A DNA stretch of 53,620 bases, filler included, from Squatina squatina (GCA_031763465.1; 3 parts of 3 records of this genome joined end to end with filler, not necessarily neighbours in it), one strand, 5' to 3'. Counted from the first letter of the whole stretch, positions 1 through 13,206 are shown. The notes: generated by a model not told the origin, from the letters alone. A program made the numbers and translations.

Positions 1-1288
1 AAAATGCATTTTGGATCAAAATTGTGGACTCTAAAAATGCTTTTGTTCCCCCTGAAGACTACAATAAGAATAAAATTCAGTCTCTATGCCTCTCCTAATA
101 GCTCAGAAGATAAATACACTTGTAATGGTACTGAGTCATGCAGATCAGAAAGATGCTAGTTTTGATCCTTTTTCGGTGCAGATTTAATGAAACGTTGATG
201 GAGCAGGATTGAGGCTCAGAGACTGGCCAAATGTATAGCCACGTGCAATTCTTTCTTTAGTTGATTGTTACTTTTAAGTTTTAGTTTGTTTCTTTTTCTC
301 TTTTTTTCCCCCCAAGTGTTTTCAAAGACAGGAGTAAACCCATTTCTTGTTCTAATCCTCATTCTGATGGAAAATTGCTTAGCTTTTTCAAAAAGACTGC
401 AGAAAAATCTTAGGTCTAAACAAGCCAAGTTCAATGTTCTCAGACTGCTCAGAAGTTTACATTGCCTTCTATCATATGGCAACCTCTTACACCAGGCAAA
501 ATGTTTCCCAGTTTGATCATTCAAAGACTGATGACTTCAACTGGAGAACAGGCAGAGACAGCAATGGGGATAATGGGTCTTAACCAGCAGTGCACATGGG
601 ATTCAAACTATAACAACAGGAGAGGAAGTATTTACTCCCCTTATCTCTTTTTCTTCTCTTCATTGACATGATGAATTATCAAGTACAATCTGAGTATTCA
701 CAACCATGTAAAAATTAAAACAGACCTGCTCTCGCCGCAGTTTTCTAGTCTTGCTCTAAACTATAATATTCATGGCAACTCCCATTTCTTTCCCCAGTCA
801 TCCTGCCCCTTTCCTTGTTTCACCAAGTTTCGCCTCTTTCTGACTCCGCTCGCTTCCAATTTTCCTAAAATCTTGCACTCCAAAAGAGGCACATATGCTC
901 ATATTCATTTTCAAACCCCTGCTGTTTACCTTAGGTCCTTTGAATCACCTGATTTCAATTACTTGTGACCAAAGTAAACACGTTTTCACCTCATTAAATT
1001 GATCTGCTGTCTCTGTTGCTCTCTTAATCTTGATAATTCCCCAGTGGCTCTGTGGTTGGCACAGTGCAGTACAGCACTATACTATGCATTTACTGCTTGA
1101 TCCATTTGGTTTTTTTTCAATACATTGCTGCAGCTACCATTAGCCGTTCCTGTAGCTTAAAAACAGTGAACAGATAATGCAGACTGTGGATCTGGGACTT
1201 TGGCTCAGACTACTCACATTGAAATCTATTGCTGTGGGATTTGTGATACGAGGAGTTCAGCATGGTATCAATGTCAATGGAAGAATAG

Positions 1289-1462
<174 letters not shown>

Positions 1463-1680
1463 GCAAGTTTGTCCATTCATCGCATTGAAAAGGGCTGGTT
1501 GTTTTAATTTTTTCAACTTTTTAGAATTAACATTTGAAATGTGAACTTCCTTATGTTTGCACATTATCTCTGTATATTTTGAAAGCCACAAAGGAAGTTC
1601 AGTAGTAGAGAAGCTGTAATGATAATCTCCAGATGTTTGGTGAGATAATTAGTTATATTTGCTTTGGCTAAATGTTGAAG

Positions 1681-1686
1681 AATAAA
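1681..1686 (+). terminator. Candidate polyadenylation signal of UPP1
   Basis: First AATAAA about 220 nt after the UPP1 stop codon. Confidence 0.5.
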
Positions 1687-2288
1687 GAGATTTAAACCAC
1701 TTCCCTGAGTGTGATGACTTTAACTGTATGAAACAATATACTTATTACATAGAGAAACCATACTTAAATCATTTTTTGCTTTCAAAGATTATGAATGAGA
1801 TTTTCTGATTGGTGTGCCAATGGAATTTTGATCTTTAACTAACAAGTAACTAATTGAATCACAAGGCACATTTCTCAGTACATTTTCACTTAACTGGTTG
1901 TGAAAACCCAAAGCTGAAACTGCAGGATATTAATACTTCAGTGCTTCTTTAACTGATGGTTTATCTCAGAACACTCTACTACCACCTGCTTGGCTCGAAT
2001 GTTCTCTTTTTAAAATGCCTTGTTTTGCTGCATTAAAAACCATCAAATCCAATGGCCTGATAGAAACCTGGCCAGTTGCCAGTCTAATGATAGATAAACC
2101 ATGAATGTTGGAACTCAAACTAAAACAGCATCTGATCGACTGGCTAATATTTTGGGTGGAACTGATATATATCAATTAAATCTGTGCCNNNNNNNNNNNN
2201 NNNNNNNNNNNNNNNNNNNNNNNNNNNNNNNNNNNNNNNNNNNNNNNNNNNNNNNNNNNNNNNNNNNNNNNNNNNNNNNNNNNNNNNN

Positions 2289-2590
2289 CAGTAGCCAATT
2301 GCACCCAGCAAGCTCCCACAAACAGCAATGAGCTAAATGGCCAGATAATCTGTTGAGGGATAAATATTGGCCAGGACACCAAGGAAAGCTCCCCTTCTTC
2401 GAAATACAGCCACGGGATCATTTACATCCACCAGAGAGGGCCTTGCTTTAATGTCTCATCCGAATGACAGTGCAGCGCTTCCTCAGTACTGGTGATCAGC
2501 CTAGATTTTGTGTTCAAATCTCATGCAGTGGGACTTGAACTCACAAGCTTCTAGACTCAGAAGCAAGAGTGCTACAACTGAGCCAGAGCT
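2289..2590 (-). mobile_element. tRNA-headed Deu-core SINE (SacSINE1-like)
   Basis: Minus strand TGGCTCAGTTGTAGCACTC (A box) ... GAGTTCAAGTCCCACT (B box), then core shared with copies at about 4000, 17500 and 47400. Confidence 0.75.
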
Positions 2591-2664
2591 AAATGTTTAT
2601 TGTATTGTCTGTCTGTAAGCAAATAATAAAAAGGTTTGTCAAGCATTTTTTTCATAAACAGTAT

Positions 2665-2770
2665 GCAGGAACAGGAGCAGTCCATTTAGCCCCTCGAGCC
2701 TGTTCCACCATTCAGATATATCTTGGCTGATCTGTACCTCAACTCCTTTCACCTACCTTTGATCCATACC
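2665..2770 (-). mobile_element. CR1 LINE 3' UTR fragment
   Basis: Reverse complement resembles the tail at 21080-21165 and 25150-25240 (GATCAGCCA...GCTCGAGGGGC...CTCCTG). Confidence 0.65.
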
Positions 2771-2894
2771 TAGGATTCTCTGGTTTTCTGAACGGACGGA
2801 ACATCCTTCAGGGCTCATTGACCTCTTGTGCTCCCAGTGGATGAAGCTCTACACCTGGAGTATGAATTCAAAACATTTACATCCTACAAGTGTC

Positions 2895-3060
2895 AGCTTG
2901 GCTCAGTGTTAGCGCCTGAGTCAGAAGGTTCTGGGTTCAAACCCCACTGCAGAATCTGAGCGTAAAATCTGTCTTTCCTTGAAGGACATTAGCGAACCAG
3001 TCAGGTTTTTACGACAATCGAGCAGCTTCCATGGCATTTTATTCCAGTGCCAGCCCACAA
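2895..3060 (+). mobile_element. tRNA-derived SINE fragment
   Basis: TGGCTCAGTGTTAGC A box and GGGTTCAAACCCC B box. Confidence 0.65.
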
Positions 3061-3919
3061 ATTGCTAGAAAAAAGATCATGAAAACTGCTGCATTTCCAC
3101 CTGTGTTCTCCCTGGTTACTCATAGCATCCTTAGAAAAATATGACACTTAACGCTGGCATTGGCGAATTCAAATGAACAGAAATCATGTAATCAACTAAT
3201 CTTTGTAAGGCCACTATAATTAGAGTGAATTTAACATTATAAGATTTTGTTCAGGCTGAATGACATAAAAGTATTTATTTTGTAATAAACTAAGCACTAT
3301 AATTAGGCAACATTAATAATGGCCATGCTACATTTAGGATAAATGCTGCTCAATTAGCTCAGCCCTTTCAGCCCTGGCTCTTTCAAAGATTTGACCTGAA
3401 GCCTCCAGTAAATCTACCTTTAGTGCTTTGCCACATAAACATCACTTACTTTTTCTTCAGCATGTGTGGAGATTAAAACTCTGTCCATTCATTCTGTGCT
3501 ATCGTTGGTGCTATAATATGCTATGATACAGTGCTGCTAAACAGGTTAATTGTTTTTATTTATATTTTCTAAAAAGTTAGTTGCACTGCACTATATTTGT
3601 CCTGTAAAAGTTCTTCAGGCCCATAGTGTATTTGTGGCAAAAATTGATTGTTTCCCTGTGTTGGAAGTTTTAACTTGTATATTGTATTGCTAGAAACAGC
3701 GTGTAAAGGGTTAATACCCAATGTCACACAAAGTATCTTTCAACAGAAAGGCCATCACCTCAGACCAGATACTTTTGACTGAAAGAGTTCCAAAAGGCAT
3801 GAGCTTCTATGACCAACACAATGGGCTGTCCAAGGTGTTCACTTTGAATCAACCAGAGCCATTACATTCAGTCACTAACATAGATTGTCTATTCAATGTT
3901 GATGAATGGCTGCTTGATC

Positions 3920-4200
3920 TAAAGAAAAACATGCATTTATACAGCGCCTTTCACTACCACCAGACTTCCCAAAGCGCTTTACAGCCAATGAATTACTTTT
4001 GGAGTGTCGTTACNNNNNNNNNNNNNNNNNNNNNNNNNNNNNNNNNNNNNNNNNNNNNNNNNNNNNNNNNNNNNNNNNNNNNNNNNNNNNNNNNNNNNNN
4101 NNNNNNNNNNNNNTGCACTGTAGTGTCAGCCTAGATTGTGCGCTCATGGACCTGGAGTGGGACCTGAACCCATAACCACTGACTCAGAGGAAGTGTGCTA
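3920..4200 (-). mobile_element. Deu-core SINE spanning a gap
   Basis: Tail TGCATTTATACAGCGCCTTTCA left of the gap; tRNA head (GGACCTGAACCC...GACTCAGAG) right of it. Confidence 0.65.
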
Positions 4201-5134
4201 ACGAATACATTCATTCTGAAATAAATTATTCATCTCTCAACCTGAAATAGCTTAAACTGGCCGAACATGTTTCACATGACTGAACTTGTGTACAAGGCAG
4301 CAGATAATGCATTACCTTGAAGGAAGCTGTTTGTAAACACAGACTTGATGTCAATCGCAGTGACACCTTTAAGTGCGTAAGTGTAACTTTCAGTTCACTG
4401 AGTGCTTTGCAGTCACTTACGACCAGATGCCAGCGTGATTGACACGGGGACAGGGCTTGAACAGTCTGAGCAACTCGCAGATCCCATGAAGGATGCAAAA
4501 TTTGATAAGATGGGGCATTAAAATGCAGAGCAATTGTGCTCTGCATTAAGTTCATTTAGATCACATTTTGCAATACCTAAAGGAGATCAACGTGAAGCCT
4601 TTTTATTTGGTGACTCTCCTTCGATTTCTATTTACATATTGCCTCTCTGGAGAGACTGCCTTTCACTACTGTCAATGAGGATTTGTATTCATCAGCTTGC
4701 TGGAGTGACTGAGGAGCTGCTGGATAGGTTGTCACTGGCAGAGCTGTGAATGGCACCCGGTGGAAGGGTCACTAACACCCAGTTAATAGAAATGTCAAGA
4801 TGATGAATGCGTGTCTTGCCTTTTCAATGCTGGTCTCTGTTTCCTCTGTCAATATTTTTTTTAGCTTTTGTACTGTTTCTGTTTCAGTTTTTAATTGAAG
4901 GTGTGTGATATTCATAAATCTTCCCTCGTCTTCTCCTGGGTCAATTCCATTGTTAAGTAGAGGGCAGGAGTTTACAGTGATCTGACTGCAGCTCTCATCT
5001 GAATCTACCCTCGTCATGCGAGTGTGTTAACTCCTTCAGTACTCATTACATGATGAGAAATTGCTTGCTGCATCTCCCAATCACTCCAAGCAGCCCAATA
5101 ATGACAGACTTTGCCAGATTTTCAATGCTTTCCT

Positions 5135-5480
5135 CTGCCTCCACTATTCTGCCGTAACCATTTACATCTCATCTGGACCCATCTTTTGTTTCTTTATTTG
5201 TTCCATTACCGACCCCTTTTTGCCTTGCACCTCATCCCTTTTCTCATTTAATCACTCCTGCCCTCTGCCCTGACACAGACCTTCAGCTCGGCTCTTTTCC
5301 TGCCCTCCCCACCCAACCCCACTCCCATTTCCCCTGGGCCTGCACTTGCTTAAAAGCTGCCCATCTCTGACATCTTCCAGTTTTGATGAAAGGCCATCAA
5401 CCTGAAACATTAACTCTGTTTCTCTCTCCACAGATGCTGCCTGACTTGCTGAGTGCATCCAGCATTTTCAGTTTTTCTTG
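5135..5480 (+). mobile_element. Penelope-like element 3' region / pseudo-LTR with degenerate hammerhead motif
   Basis: Pyrimidine-rich segment repeated inverted at 8969-9140; AGTT-TTGATGA-AAGGCCATCAACCT-GAAAC-ATT-AACT at 5379-5415, then CTCTCCACAGATGCTGCCTGAC shared with the 11285 and 17137 copies. Confidence 0.7.
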
Positions 5481-8239
5481 TTTTTCCATCCAACAATGAC
5501 ATCCAACATCTTCCTGGTGCCAGTCACTCCAGAGGGAGCCAAGCCAAAGGAGGCAGCAAGTGAGTTAACTCTTTGAGAGCTGCAGTAGACTTTCGGTATT
5601 AATATCAAACAGGAGCACTTATTCTTAACTTTCCTTCCCCCCAGCACCCCGCACTGTTCCCACCCTCCCCCACTCCACATTATATGAACAATGGCATGAA
5701 TTAAGAGATATTGGCCTAGAGGTTGGCACCTGTTTCAGGCATGGGTCCTCAACGCCTCTTTTTCTGCTTTACCAATATGGCGGGCAGAGCAATTAACCGG
5801 CACCTAATAGGCAGGTACGCCCCAACCGCCATATTGACTACATAGGCACACTTCTTGCAGCTGAGAAGTGGGCTCGACATGTTTTTCTTCAGAATAAAGT
5901 ATATAATAGAATAGAATACATTTACATGCTTGCAAGCTGACAATGTTATTCAGCACTCAGCTGACAAAAGGTGAATTAGAACGTAGCAGAAAAGGAACAT
6001 GAAGGGATCATTAGGCCAAACAAGCCTATTCCTTCTGGATGAATCTCAATTCCACCGACAAGCCTTCTCACCATATCCCTTCTGCTTCCAGAAACATCTA
6101 ATTGCTTGTTCAACCTATTGATCTTTTTTGCTTCAGTAGTCTATTGTCTTTTGTGGGAAAGAAACAGTTCCATCCAATTTCTCTTCTTATTAATTTCCCT
6201 AACTTGCTAATATTTAACATGTGTCCCTTGGTGCTTGAACTCAGTCCTAAGCAAAAGCTATAAATTTCAAACAGTGTGCTCGTGAACAGAATCTTCAGCC
6301 CAATGTTCTGAACTGTGTGTGATTGTATAACATGATACCTTTTTGTCCCCATGGCTGGGAGCATTTCACCTCTTTGTTGCTTGTCTACTGACTTTGATTT
6401 GGTTATGTCCCATGGAAAATTAAATGGGCTGCGTTATTCTGAATATGCAATGGCAGCTGTACTTGGAAACGCAAAGGTTTGGAAAGAAACCATAGTCTAA
6501 CGTGATTCCATGACATTTCTGCCTGTTAAGTCACAGGGGGACAGAGTTTTCTCTTTTGTGCTTGGTGTTTCAATAATCGCCTGAGTTGAGCATGTGGGTG
6601 AAAATCAAGTGAGGATCAAATGGCAGTAATGCAGCAATTTAAATCAATGGATTGAAAATCGAGCAGGCACCATTATAGGCACTATTACAACACTCTTTAG
6701 TGTTTTTTTATTCATTCCTGGGATGTGGANNNNNNNNNNNNNNNNNNNNNNNNNNNNNNNNNNNNNNNNNNNNNNNNNNNNNNNNNNNNNNNNNNNNNNN
6801 NNNNNNNNNNNNNNNNNNNNNNNNNNNNNCCATGTACAAAATGTCTGGCACGTCTCGCCTGTTCATCATGTGACTGCTTGGCCCAGCTTTCTTGCTTATC
6901 TCACTGTGCAATCCCGTCGTATGTTCTATTTTTAGGCGTGTATGCAATTTCACTTGAATTACTGTCAGAAATCACATGGGTCTCGAAACAAAAAAGTGAC
7001 AGAAAATCACAAGCAATCTTGCTCGACTGAAGAAGTAACAAGATGAGTGAGTAAAGGTGAGGCACAAAAGCCTCAAACTTTGCCGAGCCTCGTTGAGAAT
7101 AGTCTATCAAATGCAAAGAAATGCTTTAATTTCTATTTATTTTAAATTTGTCCCTTTTACACAAAGCTGCTAAAAACTGGAAAGGAAAGCTATATTTTAT
7201 ATCTCCAGCAACTGCCAAACTTTTGACTCAGAAACAAAATCTGGAATCGGGATATTCGGACAACTTCATATATTTTCAGGGCCTTTATAGGCAGCATTAT
7301 TATCAAGCCTTCACTGCTAGAACAGGCAGGCAAGCTAAGATTAGCTTTTCATGTGCTACTTACCACTGGGAGTAAGTTCAGCCCTGGAATCATAACACAT
7401 TTTCAGTAATTGGTTTACTCAGTCTACATAGCTTGGAATTGAGTACTTGACCCAGGATAACATTCGAGGTATGATGGTGGCCATGATTATATCTTTACCC
7501 GAGAGATACCACCATAAGCCAATATTCACACAACAGGAGGTTGAACTCCTTGTGAAGCAGGAGAAGAAATCATCATGAACCCACAAGATCTCAGACTTCG
7601 TAGAATAGTATAAAAGAGGTTGCTTCAGACCCTGCAGAGATACCTGTACGTTAAGGATCCTTCCAAATGGTGTGCGCTAGTGAGATATGTCTTCTGCCAG
7701 CTACCTCAATTACGGCCAATAGCTCCTGTTTGTAAATTTGGGGGGCAACCATGCCTCATTGCCTCGAGGCCAGGGTATAAAGTGAGAGGGCCTAGTAGAG
7801 AGCCATACTTGCCTGCATAGGTTTCGGTCTCTGCTGAAGCTAACAAGGCTGCAGCGCCCATGATCTTTGGGGTCCTATTGCCCCTTTAAGTGTTCAGCTT
7901 TCTCTTGTAGGACTGCAGCATGACTGTGAATTTTTCACCTGGCAGTGTCAGGCTCCCTCTCAGCAACAGGAATTCCACGAAGAGCCGGCCATGTATATTC
8001 GATGACCTCCGACCAGGGGAAATGGATCAGGGTCAGGTGGAGTCTGAAGGGAACGTGGAAGTCCCCGCCCCACTGCTACTCTGCATTGTAGAGGAGATTC
8101 CAGCCTTGTATACAGACACCATCAGCATCCTCATTTACCACAACCATCACACCGACCACTGGTACCAGCACCAGCATGGGACAAGGTGCAAAATCTCAGG
8201 CATAATTCACACCAGTACCATCCTGTTTCAAAGACGGGG

Positions 8240-8440
8240 AAGAATCCACGCTTAAGGTAAAATATTAAACTGAGATCCCGCCTGTCTGTTCCAATGCTTC
8301 AAGTAGATGTATAAGATCTGTTGGCACTTTTTGAAACAGAGCAGAGAGTTTTTCCACTGTCTTGGGCAAAATTCAACCCTCAGCCAATACCACCATGAAA
8401 AAATGTCATTCATTTTACTGCTATTTCTGGGACTTTATGG
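8240..8440 (+). mobile_element. Deu-core SINE fragment
   Basis: GTAGATGTATAAGATCTGTTGGCACTTTTTGAAACAGAGC matches the reverse complement of 17440-17480. Confidence 0.55.
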
Positions 8441-8699
8441 AAAAAAAATTCTGTGGAATCCACAATATGTAAAAATAGGTGTTAGTGAACCTTGAACTTC
8501 AACATGTGAAACCTGAATTTTACCTTCTGCAGTGAGGTGACAATATTCTACAGATGGTTTGCACTATGTGCAATGCTCCTTTGCAGGACTTCGGTATGTT
8601 TTTAAATTCATTCTTGGGTAGTGGTTTGATACAACTGAGGGGAGTGAAGAGTCAACCACGTTGCCGTTGGACTGGAGTCACATATAGGCCACTCTAATC

Positions 8700-8868
8700 T
8701 GCTTTATTGGTGCTTGTTGAGAAATATTGGATAGGGCACAGGGGAGGCCTCTCCTCTCTTCTTCAAAAAGTGCCATGGGATTGTTTACATCCACCTGAGT
8801 TGGGAGACAGGGCCTTGGTTTATGATTTTATCTGAAGGATGGTCCTCTAACAGTGTAGCACTCCCTCA
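8700..8868 (-). mobile_element. Deu-core SINE fragment
   Basis: CTTCAAAAAGTGCCATGGGATTGTTTACATCCACCTGAG...GCACTCCCTCA, similar to 2395-2490. Confidence 0.6.
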
Positions 8869-8968
8869 NNNNNNNNNNNNNNNNNNNNNNNNNNNNNNNN
8901 NNNNNNNNNNNNNNNNNNNNNNNNNNNNNNNNNNNNNNNNNNNNNNNNNNNNNNNNNNNNNNNNNNNN

Positions 8969-9140
8969 CATGCGGTTACTTTTTCAAAACAAAGGTGATG
9001 GCCTGGGATAGGATGTAGGGCAGGAGTGATTAAATTACAAAAGGGATGATGGTGCAAGGCAAAAGGGGTTGATAACGGGACAAGTAGAGAAACAAAAGAT
9101 GGGTCCAGAGGAGGTTTAAATGGTTGCAGTAGAATAGCAG
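8969..9140 (-). mobile_element. Penelope-like 3' region fragment
   Basis: Reverse-complement match to 5140-5280 (GGGCAGGAGTGATTAAA...GGTGCAAGGCAAAA...AAAAGATGGGTCCAGA). Confidence 0.65.
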
Positions 9141-9774
9141 AGGAGGAGCATGATAAATCTGTCAAAGTGGAGAAGGCTCCCGTGGCCCGGCAGAGAGTGT
9201 TTGCAACTGTTGTTTCGATTTAACGCCCGTGTCTCAGCTGCTGTTAAAACAACCAGGCGTTTACTCATTTCTTTAGCTGAAAAATATTCAGGTAGCACAA
9301 CACAAAGAATATTCCCTGGCCGTTTTCTCCTGCTGACCCAGACTGTGCCTAGCACTAATACCAGTGTGTTGTTCTGATATTGAAAACCTCACAATGCCCA
9401 GCAACACATTCAAACAGACTTTATTCCTGGAGCAAAGATTATTTCCACCATTGCAAACTGTTCTGGAAAAATGAACCATTGTATGCTAAAAAAGAAAATC
9501 AACATTAAAATCGCCTTAGATAGATCTCCAAGCATGAAGCAAACCTGCACAATATCTCAAAATCAGCAACACTTTTACCATGGGGAATTTACATTACAGC
9601 ACTTGTTTGGTTTGGAAATTGTGAAAATAAAAATCACACTCCGCTGCTTGTCCTTGGAGTATCCCTTATGTATTTTTCCCTCAAAATTTGACAACAGTGC
9701 TTGCTATTTAGAGAGAATGTAATCCCCATTGTACACAGTCTTTAAAAATAAGCAAATCTTTCCAACCATTTCAG

Positions 9775-10100
9775 TGCTATGGGGAAAGAGTGGGGGAGTG
9801 GGACTAATCGGATAGTTCCTTCAAAGAGCCAGTACAGACACAAGGGCCCAACTGGCCAACTTCTTGTCACTTGAGGTTAACTGCACATCGAGCACAATCA
9901 GCATGCACTCACATGATAGGGTTTTCACTCATATCAACATTAGAATAGTACATAGAGTTTGCAACACGGAAACAGGCCATTTGGCCCAACCAGTCCGTGT
10001 TGGCATCCAACCTTTGCACAAGCAGATTGTTCTGATCACATTGACACACCCTGTCCCTATATCCCCTTTTTCTACATCCACCTAGCCAATCTAATCATGA
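9775..10100. mobile_element. Two opposed CR1 3'-end fragments
   Basis: + tail GCTATGGGGAAAGAG...TTCAAAGAGCCAG at 9775-9865 (also at 18635-18700 and similar near 36070); - tail CATAGAGTTTGCAACACGGAAACAGGCCATTTGGCCC from about 9950. Confidence 0.55.
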
Positions 10101-11284
10101 ATGTTGACTTAGGCCGTGATTTCACCTACCAAGGTGGGACCGACGCGGGCGATGTAGGTGGTGGGTCCCCACCCCACTCCTGNNNNNNNNNNNNNNNNNN
10201 NNNNNNNNNNNNNNNNNNNNNNNNNNNNNNNNNNNNNNNNNNNNNNNNNNNNNNNNNNNNNNNNNNNNNNNNNNNNNNNNNNCGACACATTTCCTCTGAA
10301 GATCAAAGCGCCATACGGAACGTGAGAAGAAAGCAGACTGTCTGGGCCTTGAGGTTCAGTTCTCAGCTTCTATAAATAGCAGTACTGAACACCTTTTAAA
10401 AATGCTACTGGTGTGAATGCATTTGACATCATTTGTTCCTATTTGAATGCAGAACTGAAGGCTGCTTTGAATTCAGTACATTCAAAATGGGATAGGAGAG
10501 TGACGTCTCATGCTAAGAACTAACAATAAATTGTCTACCACAGTGCAGATGCAATGAGTATACGATCCTTTAATGACAAGGTCAGTTCCTGCCGGTTTAC
10601 CTGTTAACTGGTTTACATGAGCAAGTGAAGCTTGCCACATGAGCTTCCATCAAAGATAAACTGATGTGGGATATGAGGTTGTATCCTGTTTTCACTGTTG
10701 CTAGGACATCAGAAAGATGTAAAGGATATTGTACTTCTAATGGGATTTATAATTAAAGATATGTTCAAATCTTAAATCAGCAGAAGGTGCAATCATTAAG
10801 TAAAATGAGAAAGTGTTAATTACAATCACTTCATTATTTATATCTTCTATCAGTGAGTATTTATAAACTTGAAGAATTACTTTTGTATTGTTTTATCCTC
10901 AATAAAGTATAGGTCATCTACTACATTCGTGTTTTCCTATTGCATATCGATCTCTATGTATAATGATTATATAATATGTTTATATAATATACAATTGGTA
11001 CANNNNNNNNNNNNNNNNNNNNNNNNNNNNNNNNNNNNNNNNNNNNNNNNNNNNNNNNNNNNNNNNNNNNNNNNNNNNNNNNNNNNNNNNNNNNNNNNNN
11101 NNCTCCCCCCCACTTGACTGGCCCCCTGTGCCATGGTGCTGTGGTTAGTTTGCTCATCCTCCCTGCAGTCCCTGCTCTCATCCACACAGCTGATGAGAAT
11201 CTCGCAGCTGTTGGACAAGTGCAAGGGCCGAAGCTCCTCCAATGCTGCCTCATGGATCCCTGTACCTGCCTCACCTGCAGTCTC

Positions 11285-11375
11285 AGAGAACGTTGGAAAC
11301 ACTCAGCAGGTCAGGCAGCATCTGTGGAGAGAGAAACAATTAATGTTTCAGATCGATGAACCTTCGTCAGAACAT
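11285..11375 (-). mobile_element. Penelope-like pseudo-LTR fragment with hammerhead core
   Basis: Minus strand GTT-CTGACGA-AGGTTCATCGATCT-GAAAC-ATT-AAT...CTCTCCACAGATGCTGCCTGACCTGCTGAGT. Confidence 0.7.
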
Positions 11376-12313
11376 AGAGTCACCCTCTATGACTTCAGTC
11401 CCCTTGGCGCACTTCACCTCTCTGTTCAGCTGTGGAACAGCGTTGAGATTACACTTGCAACATTCTCTACGGCCAACTCGTTTTGCCCCCTCCAGCAGAA
11501 AATAGACACATCAAGGCAAATGATCAGGATTGAGCAAGAGGCAGGAGGCACAGAGCAAAGAACATTAACTTTGCATGGGAGAGCGTAGGGCTTGATATTG
11601 TGATCGTGCGTGAAGGGTACAAAATTGCTGACGCGGGGCAAAGGTGAAGTTAATGCTGTGGTTTGGAGTGGAGTGTAAGGGGTTGACGTTGACAGATTGT
11701 TGTGCTAAGCTGGAGGCAAAGATAATAAACACATTCACTCTTAACAGGTCAGTGTGCTGAAGGGTAATTATCACCTAGGATGCAGGAGGCATAGCCCAGA
11801 GTATCTCAGTCTTCCTTCTGCCAGGTCAAAGGCTGCAGCATGCACNNNNNNNNNNNNNNNNNNNNNNNNNNNNNNNNNNNNNNNNNNNNNNNNNNNNNNN
11901 NNNNNNNNNNNNNNNNNNNNNNNNNNNNNNNNNNNNNNNNNNNNNCGGAGCCTCGATTTAACATCTTATCTGAAAGATGGCCCCTCTGACTGTGCATTGT
12001 AGGCACCCTATCTGGTCCGTGTGACCTGTCTTGCTTCATGAATATGATATGCGAGCCAATTGGGTGAAAATGTGATATACACATTTCACACATGACACTT
12101 TGAACTAATATGGTGTGCTGGACTTCAATATATTAGTGGAGATCCCTGACGCTGCTCAAGGCAAATTTGGAGGTGTGCTGTAGCTGAGTGACAGGAGTGT
12201 TGCACCATAAGATGCAGCTTGTATTAACATAATTTGGGGAAGTGATTTATTGCAGCACAATATCCCATGACTTTACCCTTGGTAACTTTCCCCACCACTT
12301 CCTCTATTCACCG

Positions 12314-12594
12314 GCACTTTAATTTTAATCAGTGGTGTGTTTTGAAGCGTTTTGCCTCAGTCAACCTTCCCAGGAGTGAAGAAACTTTCCAGCTGGTTAC
12401 TCTAACAACTGCCTGCGCCTTCACAGCAATCCAGTCCAAAACTCTTGCTATTAAATGGCACTGGTGAGCTAAGCACTTCCCTCCTGTGTAGTCAGCTGTT
12501 ACAGTAACCAGCTGGAAACTCCCTTCAATGTTCAGCGGACAGAGAGAATGGAACACGGGCGTCATAAAACACGCTGCTGATTAAAATTAAATGC
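12314..12594. repeat. About 280-bp imperfect foldback (MITE-like)
   Basis: Outer arms TAATTTTAATCAGTGGTGTGTTTT / rc TAATTTTAATCAGCAGCGTGTTTT; inner arms TTTCCAGCTGGTTACTCTAACAACTG / rc TTTCCAGCTGGTTACTGTAACAGCTG. Confidence 0.75.
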
Positions 12595-12657
12595 TGCAGC
12601 AAAAACATGTCCTAATTAGGATTGACCTGCAGTGCCACTAGCCATGGCCAAGACCTA

Positions 12658-13106
12658 TTCTTCTTCTTCTTCTTCTTCTTAGGCATTCCCTCGGGGTCGA
12701 GGATGACTTGCTTTCACTCCAGTATTGTGGGTTCTGAGGTGACTAAATAGTCCTATGCGGGATCCGCAAACTCTAACACAGGTGGGGCAGGTGGTATTTG
12801 ATGGGGCGAGTGGGTGGGGTGCTCGGGTTTCCGTGCGCTCCAACCGCTGCCTGCGCTTGGCCTCCACGTGCTCCCACCGGAGAAGCTCGAAACGGTCGGC
12901 GCCTTTGCGGATGCTTCTCCTCCAGTTCGAGCGGTCTTGTGCCATAGATTCAGTGGGGATGTTACATTTTTTCAGGGAGTCTTTGAGGACATCCTTGAAG
13001 TGCTTCCTCTGCTCTCCTGGTAATCGCTTGCCGTGACAAAGCTCGGAATAGAGTGCTTGTTTCGGGAGTCTTAAGTCGGGCATGTGGACGATGCGGCCCG
13101 CCCATC
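12658..13106 (-). mobile_element. RTE-clade LINE 3' end: RT C-terminal region, C2H2 finger and (GAA)n tail
   Basis: WAGRIVHMPDLRLPKQALYSEL...GKR...RKHFKD...AQDRSNWR...CPTCVRVCGSRIGLFSHLRTH, open to the stop at 12679, followed directly by a (GAA)n tail. Confidence 0.85.
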
Positions 13107-13206
13107 NNNNNNNNNNNNNNNNNNNNNNNNNNNNNNNNNNNNNNNNNNNNNNNNNNNNNNNNNNNNNNNNNNNNNNNNNNNNNNNNNNNNNNNNNNNNNN
13201 NNNNNN

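Noticed and set aside
2899-2950. tRNA gene
   Set aside because: A and B boxes only, no complete cloverleaf; continues into a SINE body. The same applies near 2560, 17600 and 34710.
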